Positions 40,733 to 52,025 of a DNA stretch of 64,000 nt are shown here, piece after piece. The number at the start of each line of letters is the position of its first letter. Position 1 is the first letter of the stretch. The notes beneath the pieces were generated by a model. It made no database searches. It worked only from the letters and a program-made list of their open reading frames with translations, and was not told the origin of the DNA. Source of the stretch: Eledone cirrhosa (Eukaryota); contig OZ024743.1 of the NCBI GenBank assembly GCA_964016885.1, positions 6,200,001 to 6,264,000 of the forward strand. The letters run 5' to 3'. The position numbers and the translations under genes are program-made.

Positions 40733-40784
40733 CTGTGACTAAATATAATGATGTTTTATTGATACTGCGTTCCTGCTCCTTATT

Positions 40785-40982
40785 ATTGGCAGTATCGGTA
40801 GAGCGTCAGACACCCTGCTTCGCAGCATAGAGTTACGTTCTGAGTTCAAATCCTGCCGAGGTTAACTTTGCTTTTCATCCTTATGGGGTCTATAAAATAA
40901 AGTACCAGTAATACACTGGAGTCGATTTAATCGACTTTCCCCTCCCCTTCTAATTGCTGACCTTGTGCCTATATCAGAAATC
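40785..40982 (+). mobile_element. Meta-like SINE
   Basis: TTGGCAGTATCGGTAGAGCG head, GAGTTCAAATCC B-box, core as in other copies. Confidence 0.85.
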
Positions 40983-42231
40983 ATAACTATTATCAACACA
41001 CTACTTCGTAAGGATACTGACTATAGTGAAATACCAAACGTAGAATCCCTCATCGGTAGCCGGACCCAAATATCAGCATTGAGTGCTCAAACTGGTGAAC
41101 CATTAGTAACTAAATATTATGCACCAGTACTCTATATATAGTGTCATGGGTGTTGTTATGTGTGTGCAGATGGTGTGCATTATTGTTTCTGTGTATGTGG
41201 TTTGTGCATCGTTGATGGAATTGCGCGTGCGTGTGTCTGTGAGGTTTTGGCCCTTGCCGAGAGGGTCGGAGTATTTGGCTAAATGCTACATCTCTCTACT
41301 TGCTGGAGCAACTCCGTGTGATGTATCCTTAGAGATCAAAAGCAGAATGTATGTAGAAGCTAGTTAATCTCTGATAAACTGCCAATGACTCCCTTCTCCA
41401 GACCGGATGACGCCAGATTTTGAAACAAAATAAAATGAGCTGCGTGTTGCCCAGAGGTCAACATATGTGGTCACACTGACCTACTTTGCTAACATCAGAA
41501 CAAGAGTTTAAATTACTGTACATACATGTATACGTGTGTTTAATGAGGTTTTTGTTTGATAGTTAGTCTGAGTATGTGACTGGTGTTTCATCAAAATCCT
41601 GGTGCGTCGTGCGTGTGTGGTCCGAGCTGGGCTATTTCAGGAAGAAGCCCGCTATTTCAGGAAATGGTCGGGCGGGGAGTTTTAGAGCACAAAGAACGGA
41701 AATTGTATGGGATGGGAGCTTTGATGGCAGTGTGTGTGTGTATTGGTAGTAAGGGAGTGTAGTGTAAATGTTGGAGTGACCTTGTAGTATGGCTGCGTGT
41801 GATAGTATAGTTAGTTATCATGAAATGTGTGTTGGTGGGTGTTGGGGTAGTGCATGTGCATCTGTGTGTTGGTGTGAGATTGGTCTGTTAGTATAATTAA
41901 TTAGTTAATTAGTAGATTAAATGTGTATCATGGTAGTACATGTGTAACTAATGAATTAGTTGTGTTGGTGAGGTGGTAGTGCACGTGTGTTGGTGATGGC
42001 AGAGACTAAAGGAAGCGGAGTATAGAGTTAAGGCCGCAAGTATATATTATATTAAAATGATTTACAATGAAGTCAACACATGCCATTTTTCCAAGGGCGT
42101 AGCCCGAAACTGACTTTCCTTCTGAGTGTTAAACTAATAATCTCTATTTTGACCAGCTTCCGTGTTATATATATATAATATTTTTTTAGTACTTAGTTCA
42201 CTATATATATATAAACAAAATTTGTTTTCGC

Positions 42232-42273
<42 letters not shown>

Positions 42274-42275
<2 letters not shown>

Positions 42276-43175
42276 CGTTTCTGAATTTGTTTAGCAAGAT
42301 TCTTTATCTGAAATCGTGTGTTGAAACCGATATTGTTATACTTTGGGAGGGTCATGTTGCCAATAAGAAACACACGCACCAGTTGCTTTCACTTCAATTT
42401 ATTATAAATTAAATTTATAAATTTCCGGTTGGTTGGTTGTTGGTTCCACAACCAGACGATTGTTCATATATTGTCAAAGTTCTTTCGTCACACATTCTGT
42501 GACCTCTTCAGTGACCTCTTTAGTGACTGGGGAGTCTTTTCTTTGTTTTTGTGCCTCTCCTTTGTTCTGTCCTACGCCATCTTGTTTTTGTGTGTGTTGT
42601 GTGCTTAGTTTGCGCATCTGTTACATCCGGATGTCTGTGTGTGTTTATATTTGTTTATTTATTTGTTTATTTACATGTTACTGGTTGGTTGTTTGTTCTA
42701 TGTGTGTGTGTGTTTTCATTTTGTCCTTAATTGTAAGTTGTAATGTTGCCGTTCCTGTTTGGATGAATGGAACAGCAACATCACAACTTACAATTAAGGA
42801 CAAAATGAAAACACACATAGAACAAACCACCAACCAGTAACATGTAAATAAACAAATAAATAAACAACTATAAACACACACAGACACCCGGATGTAACAC
42901 ATGCGCAAACTAAGCACGCAACACACACAAAAACAAGATGGCGTAGGACAACAAAGGAGAGGCACAAAAACAAAGAAAAGAATCCCCAGTCACTGAAGAG
43001 GTCACAGAATGTGTGACGAAAGAACTTTGACAATATATGAACAATCGTCTGGTTGTGGAACCAACCAACCAACCAACCGGAAATTTATAAATTTAATTTA
43101 TAATAAATTGAAGTGAAAGCAACTGGTGCGTGTGTTTCTTATTGGCAACATGACCCTCCCAAAGTATAACAATAT
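42274..43175 (-). mobile_element. Fold-back PLE terminal remnant: ~420-bp inverted arms (42331-42755 / 42768-43175) plus ~57-nt tail
   Basis: Long near-perfect inverted repeat between (TA)n; end sequence related to the coding PLE end at 60280-60396. Confidence 0.82.
42989..43031 (+). ncRNA. Minimal type I hammerhead motif (mirror copy 42473-42515 on - strand)
   Basis: GTCA-CTGAAGA-G-GTCAC(agaatgt)GTGAC-GAAA-GAAC-TT-TGAC. Confidence 0.72.
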
Positions 43176-43183
43176 ATATATAT

Positions 43184-43262
<79 letters not shown>

Positions 43263-43608
43263 CATAAATATCTGTGTGTGCGCGTGTGTGTGCATGTGTG
43301 TATGTGTTATATATATATATATGTGTGTGTGTTTAATGGTAGCTATGATGCTACATATGTGTATGCGTATATATGTATGTGTGCGTGTGTGTGTGTATGT
43401 GTGGGTATATGTGTGTGTGTGAGAGGACTTGTGAAATACCAAACCCAGCATGAGTCCATTGAAGTGTGTCGGACGGAGAGTATTTGATGGCCAGTATGGC
43501 CAGAATTTATGATGAGGTAGAAAAACAACAGCCAATAACAAGACAAGAGGAGAAGATGTTTTTTGAAGCTAACACCCCAGTGAGAAAATTTGTTCCGAAA
43601 GTATTGCA

Positions 43609-43698
43609 TGTGTCCGAAGAACCTGCAGATCTAGAATCAGACAGATCCATACAATGATCGTGTATCGAGCTATCTGCCGGCGAAACAATTGTAACACA
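43609..43698 (+). ncRNA. Hammerhead-like motif with U4C core variant and extended stem II, in a ~320-bp island (43420-43740) between microsatellites
   Basis: TGTGT-CCGAAGA-ACCTGCAGAT...ATCTGCCGGC-GAAA-CAATTG-TA-ACACA. Confidence 0.55.
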
Positions 43699-43737
43699 CA
43701 ATAAACTGAGTCCAGATGCATCACTGACTTTTCGTTT

Positions 43738-43829
<92 letters not shown>

Positions 43830-43831
<2 letters not shown>

Positions 43832-46134
43832 ACAGGAATCTACAGAAATACTCGTCCATGCCGACAAATCCAACAACCTTTACAGCATGGACGTTCAACT
43901 TTACCATGAGCTAATCCTCAGGGAATTGAGAAAAAGCTACAAAAAAAACGCCCGAGGCTACCCTGGAGGATATCAACATCAAGGCTTATGAGTTCGTATC
44001 TGGTCTTGGTATAGATGATAGAACGGCCCCATACCAACCAAGGGAGCCGAGGATTACTATTAAGGACCACAAACCAAACTTCGAGTCTAACCTGCCGGTC
44101 AGACTGATAGCCCCCTCCCGGTCAGACATGGGGGTTATTAGCAAAAGCATTTTAGATAGGATCCTGCCCACACTTAAGAGTAAAATAAGGTTACAACTCT
44201 GGTCCTGCACCAGCCATGTGCTGGACTGGTTTACATTTTTACCTGAAAAACATAGGACTAGCTTCATACAACTAGACATCAACAATTACTACTCCTCTAT
44301 CTCGCCCATAGTCCTGAACAAGGAACTCATATTCGCGATGAATAGGGCAGACCTAACACGCGACGAGGTCCGAATCATACACGCCGCCAGAAAGACCCTG
44401 ATCCGATTCGGTGGGGACATGTGGACCCGGAGCGACTGGCCAAATAATTTTGACATTACAATGGGCTCCAGTGACTCCGCGCAGCTAACAGACTTGGTTG
44501 GGATATACATACTCTACGAGATCAGGAGAGAAATACCCAAACTGGGTGGCGGGCTGTACCGAGACGACGCACTCTTCACAGCACCACAATGGTCGAAAAT
44601 AAGAAGAGGAGAATTAGGCACTTCTTTAGCAGGGTAGGACTTAAGGTAGAGATTGAACCCAATAGTAGTGAATTTCCTGGACACCACCCTCAACCTCAAC
44701 ACCAAGCTACACCACCCATATCATAAACCCAATGAGAAGCTGGTGTATATCAAGGCTGGGTCCAATCACCCTAGATCTATTGTTAAGGCCGTAGTTAAGA
44801 GTGTCTCTGACAGGATCTCTAACTTGTCGGCCAATAAAGAGATCGTCAATAGTAACGCTGATTACTATAACTCAGCGCTAGCTAAGGCGTCCAACAGCCA
44901 TAGGATCAGCTATAACCCTAAGGGACATGATCGAGACGACCCAAGGGTACCCCGGACCAATACCCTCAGGGGCATGAGTCGCCCACCTAATACCTCGGTG
45001 ACCAGTAGTAACACTCCCAGACCCCTATCCGTCACCACCCACGGTAGAAGGTCCCGCATACCCCACCGGTCTAATACCTACAACGTTGAAGACCACTGTG
45101 CTGCGGAGTATAGGCACCCCTGCACCAGCCCCACCACCCGCCGAACCCTAATTGAGCAGGGAGGCCGCACCTCGCAGGTTTATACCCCCACGGTGGGCCC
45201 ATATAACCCTCATGATAGTGACCGCTCCGCACACCCGAGTAACACCAACCGAGCTCGACCTGAGCTGTGCACAACCACGCAATGGCCCACGGCGGACACC
45301 CAACAACCCCGCAAGAATAGGACCAGGAAGATCACATGGTATAACCCTCCGTACTCGGTGGGTCTACGTACCAACCTGGCTAGAACATTCTGTAGAGTAC
45401 TGGATAAATGTTTCCCTAGGGTCCACAAGTACCATAAAATATTCAACAGGCACACGGTGAAACTTTCCTACTCAACCACACGCTCCGTAGCCCAGCACAT
45501 AGATGGCATAAATAGGAATAGGCTCACTGCCTCTAATACCACCGTAAACCCCAGTGCCACCCAACAGAACCAGCACGCGGGACGCAACGGAACCCGGACA
45601 GGCCCAACTAGCACATCGGAACCCAACGACCCTGTGCTGATTGCGGAGGCTACCCAGCCAACCCCGAGTGATGGTAACCACGCGGTACATGTGGTGGGGC
45701 TTAAGAAGTCATGTAATTGCAGAGACCCATCACTATGCCCCCTTAGTAATGAATGCAAGACGAAAAACGTGGTCTACAGGTGCAAGGTCACAACCCCTAA
45801 CTCGGAGCACCACTACATAGGATCCACAGCGACGAGCTTCAAAGATCGGTGGTATAACCATCGCCATTCCTTTAACAGAATAGATAAGAGGAAATGTACG
45901 GCCCTTTCTGAATTGATCTGGAAGCTCAAACTTGAAAAGACCCCGCACTCTCTGGTCTGGTCCGTGGTTAGAAATCTTCCCCCAGACAGAGGTGGGTCTG
46001 GTATTTGCAACCTCTGTCTTAGTGAGACACTCGAGATTCTTCATGGCGGAACCAAGCTATTAAACAGAAGGGCCGACTTATTCGGTGCCTGCAGACACCT
46101 AAGGACGGGAACTTTCCTCAAGCTATATGGATAA
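43830..46134 (+). mobile_element. 5'-truncated Penelope-like element ORF (RT plus C-terminal GIY-YIG), frameshifted, possibly Nematis-like
   Basis: ADKSNN, ITIKDHKPNF..RLIAP..SDMG, LDINNYY, DITMGS.DSA, GLYRDD, VNFLD, SNHP, WYNPPYS, CNCR..CPL..C...VVY, YIGST...FKDRWYNH, CNLCLSE, LLNRR..CRH. Probable 3' region runs to 47330. Confidence 0.88.
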
Positions 46135-47229
46135 ACCCCGGTTACGGCCTCCCACAACGCCCCCCCCCTGTAGGTCCCCTACACCCCGTACCAATGACCA
46201 ATGGACAACAACAACCACCCATAGTTTGTGGCCCCTATGGTGGATGGTCCACCGGATTCTCTACTGGTTAGGAGTCATCTAAACAATGTTTTATTGAACC
46301 TGATTTTATATATATATGTATATATATATCATGTGTATATATATATATATATTTTATATGTGTATATGTGTGTATTTTATATATATGTATGTATATGTAT
46401 GTATATATTTTATGTATATATGTATATGTATGTGTATTGTATATATATATATGTATGTATGTTTTATGTGTGTATATATTTTATGTATGTGTGTATTTTA
46501 TGTATATATATATATTTTTTATATTTTCATATGTATGTATTTTATATATATGTGTGTTTGTGTATATTTTATATATATGTATACTTGTGCGTACATACGT
46601 GCATGCATATATATATATGTACACACCTGTATGGATTTGTGTGTGTAGATGTGTGAGTGTTTGAAGGGGTAGGTGTGAGTGTATGTACAAGTCAACCAGC
46701 ATAAACCTTTTATTTCTAAATTTTCTAAACTAGCTAAGTATTGGACTCTAACCATTATCTTAAGTATTACCACCCCACATTTTGTATGTGTGGATGTGTG
46801 TGTGTGTCTGTGGAGGTGGGTGTGAGTGTAGTGCAAGCCAACCTACATAAGTCTTTATATTTGTAAATTTTCTACTTCAACCATAAATTTCAGTAGCACC
46901 ACTCCACATAAATTCCTCAATTTAAGAATGACCTGTAGTATCTATTTCATACTATTAAACTTAATTGAATATATATCTGACCAAGAATGCCTTTTGTGAA
47001 AATCAGTCATATGGAACTATTGTCATCTTGCCTGACGGTTTGAACTTTACAACACCACCTGCCTCTTTGAGGTCAAATACCAACCCTACTACCATCTACA
47101 AACTGACCAATGAGAATCAAGACTATTCCTGCTGACAACATTAAATTATTCCTAACAAGCTCATATGTCCCAAGGCTCTGATACCATCAACACTATAAAC
47201 ACAGAGCTGGCATATCTAAGAACTGACTA

Positions 47230-47285
47230 ACTGCCTGATGAGGTCATAACCATTCAATGGCTATCATCGAAATATATATAGCAGT
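47230..47285 (+). ncRNA. Type I hammerhead motif at the 3' terminus downstream of the PLE ORF
   Basis: ACTGC-CTGATGA-GGTCATAACCATTCAATGGCTATCATC-GAAA-TATATA-TA-GCAGT, then ~45 nt and (TA)n. Confidence 0.8.
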
Positions 47286-47326
47286 AAATAAAGGATTATG
47301 AGTTCATGCAATTGACTTATGTTTCG

Positions 47327-47407
<81 letters not shown>

Positions 47408-47412
<5 letters not shown>

Positions 47413-47470
47413 AACGAGTAGGACCCCGACGGCTGAGCTCAAGCCGTTCGACGGCTAATTCTGGACTAAA
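47408..47470. mobile_element. Family Y, isolated left arm ending at the apex
   Basis: ATAGGAACGAGTAGGACCCCGACGGCTGAGCTCAAGCCGTTCGACGGCTAATTCTGGACTAAA between (TA)n. Confidence 0.8.
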
Positions 47471-49110
47471 TATATATATATATATATAAATTAATAAAAA
47501 TAATGAATAAACAAAGAAACAGTTCCTTATATTAAAAAATTTATCATTTTACGATCGTTTCTAGGATATATATGTTAGTGTTGGTATGCATATCCTATAG
47601 ATCTATGTAAAATTTTTACAAACTATCAGAAGGAATATACATACCTACACATATATATGCTGTCTTCTTAAGGTTCTTTTCCTACTATTTTACCATCTTG
47701 ACCTTCACTATCTTTCTATTGGTCAATTCAAAACCTGTTCCCAAACAGACCTATTGTATTAAATCTTTGTTGTTTTTTTTCAATAAACAAATATCATTAT
47801 TTCTGAAGACAGCATATATATGTGTAGGTATGTATATTCCTCGTTCATCTTCCTTATACCCTTCATCTTCCTTATACCCTTCTATAACTCTTGAGAACTT
47901 CGTTCAAATATTTCTGTTGACGTAATCTCTTACAGGATACAATTATACTTCGATCCATTGGCAGAATCGTGACACTAAGTAGCAAGAACGTGTACCTTAT
48001 TTTATAGTAGCAAGAACGTGTACCTTATTTTATCATAATTACTGACAAGCTGGTGAGCAGCTGCAACAATATAATGGAAGTAAATCGTCACTTAAAGATA
48101 TGCAAGTTGAGCCAGGGTTGTTGAGAACTGTCCTAATGGTCTAGTAACTGGTGCATTGTGTTATTCAAATGTCTCCGATGTGCTGGCCTCCCCAATTTCA
48201 CTAACTTTTAAAAATGCATACCAGCTACGTTCGCGCAACACAATGTCGTATAACGCTCATTTAATTTACGACTGGGTATGGCGGTTTCATTTTTGAAAGC
48301 TTGTATACATACATGATTGAACCTGTAGCTCTTCATTGAGTCTAGGGGCGCCATATTGACATATGGCGTTTCTTAGGGCATCTTTTAAAAACCTGGTGGA
48401 GCCCATCTTCTTTCCAGATCTGACCACATCCTATTTCTTTCAGCGAAGGATAGAGAGTGGGAGAAAGAGATATAGAGGAAGAATCTACCCCAGTACTAGA
48501 CTCATACTTTTTACCGACCTTGAAATGATGAAAGGCAAAATTGACCTCAAAAGCTTGTAATTCCGAGGTAATGACTGTTAGTTTCATCACCATTATATAC
48601 CTGAGAATATAGCAGTTCTTCACGCTTAAGTAGTTTACCTTCTTTCTGAATGATTTAATTTCCTCGGTTCGTGTGCTGCCTCCTTACCCCGGAATGGTGT
48701 TATTATCCATTACATTGCAACATCCCAATCGCCATAACCACTCGCTACTTGCACTGAAATGTTTCATGTCCATATATCTGGCTAGCCTGGCAGCAGCAGC
48801 ACTTTGAAATTCGACACCACGGACGATGTTACCACAGAATTGTTAATGGATAATCTACTTCGTCGCTACCTCCCCAAAATTCGAAACTTTTGCTACACAT
48901 ACGCTTCTTTGCAACAGATGTTGGTTTTCAATTGAATTTTAGAGTAAATGCAATGAATTTTTCCTCAGCCTTGCATATGTCCGAAACATACTTTTCACAA
49001 ACTCTCGCTACCAAATCACTACCGTTTAATTTCCTTAAAGTTCCAATTTCTTGTTCCTATCATAGATAGGTCACATGTTTTTTTTTCTTTTGATTATTAC
49101 TATCCCTTAA

Positions 49111-49329
49111 CCCTTTAACATTTAAACCGACCGTATCCGGCCACAATTCTCTCACCTTTCTGTACAAACTGGCTGTAACCAGCCACTCATACTGATGTTA
49201 ACGTATTGGTCTCCAAATAAATAATATCAAAATCTCATAGATTCCATATTATGTGAGATAATTATGTAAGATAAAGCCTTTACCGTGAAAATACAATAGT
49301 GTATATAGTGTAATGTAAATGTTAAAGGG
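49111..49329. mobile_element. piggyBac-type MITE, 219 bp
   Basis: TTAA|CCCTTTAACATTTA ... TAAATGTTAAAGGG|TTAA: 14-bp perfect TIRs with CCC/GGG ends and TTAA duplication. Confidence 0.8.
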
Positions 49330-49554
49330 TTAAACAATAATGTAAATTTTTAAGACTGAAATATAAAATTAAAATTGCAGGGAGGTACAAGCTGCATTGT
49401 TTCCTATGGTGGATATTGCCAGTGTGCACCGTATTACCATGCTGAATTTATTAGTTTCACGTAAGTGTTACTCAAACTTTATGTTACTTCGACCTGATAC
49501 ATTTTCTCAATGTGTATTATTAGATTTGAAAGCTAACTATGGATACATTATATT

Positions 49555-49765
49555 AGTTTCTGATTTCGGCACAAGGCCAACAATTTGGGGGAAAGAGAAA
49601 GTCCATTAAATCGACCCTAGTGCATTACTGGTACTTTATTTTATCGACCCCGTAAGGATGAAAGGCAAAGTTAACCTCGACAGGATTTGAACTCAGATCG
49701 TAAAAGGCCGTAACTTTATGTCATAAAACATGTTGTCTGACATGTTGTCTGACGCTCTACCGACA
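49555..49765 (-). mobile_element. Meta-like SINE
   Basis: Reverse complement of the shared core CTGGTACTTTATTTTATCGACCCCGTAAGGATGAAAGGC. Confidence 0.82.
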
Positions 49766-50357
49766 GAGAGGGGAATGAATTCGCAGAGTAGGTAAATTAA
49801 ACGGAGGGTTGTGAGATGCTAGAAAAAAGAATATATTTTTTAAGGAGAGGAGTAAAATCGAATAAGCCAGCGTGGAAAATGGATGTTAAGCGATGAACGA
49901 TGATGATGTGTATTGATAAAAATGTTGTTCGCCTTTCGGGCCTTGTTTTGTTTCCTTCAGATTACGCCACTATCCAGTATGTATCATGATACAATGTGGT
50001 ATAAAGTGTGAAATGCTATCTCAGAACAACTGCCATAAAACTTCCTAACAGGTAATTGAGAAATTAGCTTCCCATCATGATCCATGATTATAATTTTGAG
50101 TGAGCTTAATATTTATAATCTTAATATTTACCAACTTTGCTGGGCGTGTAGCGCTCAGTTAGCACACCCAGAATATAATCCATTATTTACTTAAGATATT
50201 TTATTTTTAATTATTTTTTTTATTTAAGAGAGATTTTATTCACAGTTGTATAAATAACATTACAAAATATGTTTTAAATATATAGATAAATAACATTAGT
50301 AATGCGTAAATAACATTATAAATTGCTACAATTCGTTCAGAAGAACATTACAAATAT

Positions 50358-50712
50358 AATTGTTTCTACTTTTGGCACAAGGCCAGCAAATACTCAGTGC
50401 ATTACTGGTACTTTTTTTATCGACCCCGTAAGGATGAAAGGCAAAGTCAACCTCGGCGGGATTTGAACTCACAAATTGAATTACAAATATAATGTCGTTG
50501 ATAAACACAAATATACAGGGTGGAAGTTTACCTCTTTGTACTCTAAAATGGTCAGAAAAAGTAATTCGAGTTGAAGCAGGTCATATTATATTTACAGAGT
50601 TCAAATCCCGCCGAGGTTAACTTTGCCTTTCATCCTTACGGGGTCGATAAAATAAAGTACCAGTAATGTACTGGGGAAATTGCTGGCCTTGTGCCAAAAG
50701 TAGAAACAATTA
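50358..50712. mobile_element. Two 5'-truncated Meta-like SINEs in divergent orientation (50358-50472 -, 50597-50712 +), each with a short TSD
   Basis: Shared core; duplications ATTACAAATATAAT and ATTATATTTACAG. Confidence 0.8.
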
Positions 50713-50778
50713 TATTTACAGCTTTCAATAATTATAAAGTGATTATAGCAAAATGACCTATAAAATTTGTCTTTGAAC

Positions 50779-50854
50779 ACATACTAACAATTGGCAAATA
50801 GTGACATACTAACAATTGGCAAATAGTGACATACTAACAATTGGCAAATAGTGA
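50779..50854. repeat. 25-bp tandem repeat, 3 copies
   Basis: (ACATACTAACAATTGGCAAATAGTG)3. Confidence 0.9.
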
Positions 50855-51119
50855 TATGTGGAGAAAACGTTATGACATGGCAAACAAATGTTACTATGAA
50901 GGTTAATATAATATATTATAAAGTTATTAAATATCAACCAAGATATTAAAAAAACTTCGATAAGCGATAAACATAACATGTACATATATTGTAGCGCATT
51001 TACAAATAGATGTGATTTGGTAATTTGAGGAGAAAAATATTATTATATATAGTATATATATATGTTACACACACACACACACATATATATACACACGCAT
51101 CCATACATACAGACACATA

Positions 51120-51183
<64 letters not shown>

Positions 51184-51220
51184 ATATATATATGTGTGTG
51201 TGTATATATATATATATATA

Positions 51221-51985
51221 TCATCATCATCATCATCACCGTTTTACGTCCGTTCTTCCACGCTAGCATGGGTTAGACGGGTTGTCCTGTTGTGGGCAGT
51301 GTCTGGTCGGCTGACCATGCCTTGCTCATACAGGAACTGATCTGGCTTGATATCTACAGCTGGATGCCCTTCCTAACACCAACCTCATTTACAGTGAGTG
51401 CTGGGTGCTTTTTCGTGGTGCCTACACGTCCACTTTACAGTGTGGGCTGGGTGCTTTTTTGCCGTGGCACCTCCACGACCACCTTGCGGTGGGGGGAGTG
51501 GGGGCATATTGTTTATATGCTTCAGCATGTACCTATGGGAGGTCGGGTACCCTGTATTACTGCGTGACGCCAGAAGTCACGGTTGTGTGTCATCGCCTTT
51601 GAGAGGTGTAATTGGGTAAGGTCGGCTTTTATCACCTCATCCCAGGTCTTCTTGGGTCTCCCCACTCCGCGGTTTCCATTGACTTCTAGTGCTCTGCACC
51701 TTTTTATGCAGCTGTCATCCTTCATACGCATCACATGTCCATACCAATGCAACCGCCACTCCTGCACACAGCATTTGATTCCTCTTATGCTCAGTCTCTC
51801 TCTCAATTCATTTATGCTTTGTCGTTCGCGTATATTACTATTACACATCCATCGGAGCATGCAGGCTTCGTTTCTTTCTAATCTACGTAAGTCTTCCACC
51901 TTCAGCGCCCAGGTCTCACTACCATGCAACATCGCTGTTCGGATACACGCATCATACAGTCTGCCTTTCATTCTGAGGGAGAAGA
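51221..51985 (-). mobile_element. 5'-truncated RTE LINE (ORF C-terminus, 3' UTR, (GAT)n tail) in (TA)n
   Basis: KGRLYDACIRTAMLHGSETW..RLHWYGHVMR..GRPKKTW; (CAT)n at 51221-51238. Confidence 0.88.
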
Positions 51986-52025
51986 TATATATATATATAT
52001 GTGTGTGTATATATATGTGTGTGTA

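Noticed and set aside
41560-42010. GT-rich strand-biased tract (similar at 13580-14000) as telomeric or satellite DNA
   Set aside because: No TTAGGG array or definable period; degenerate low-complexity sequence.
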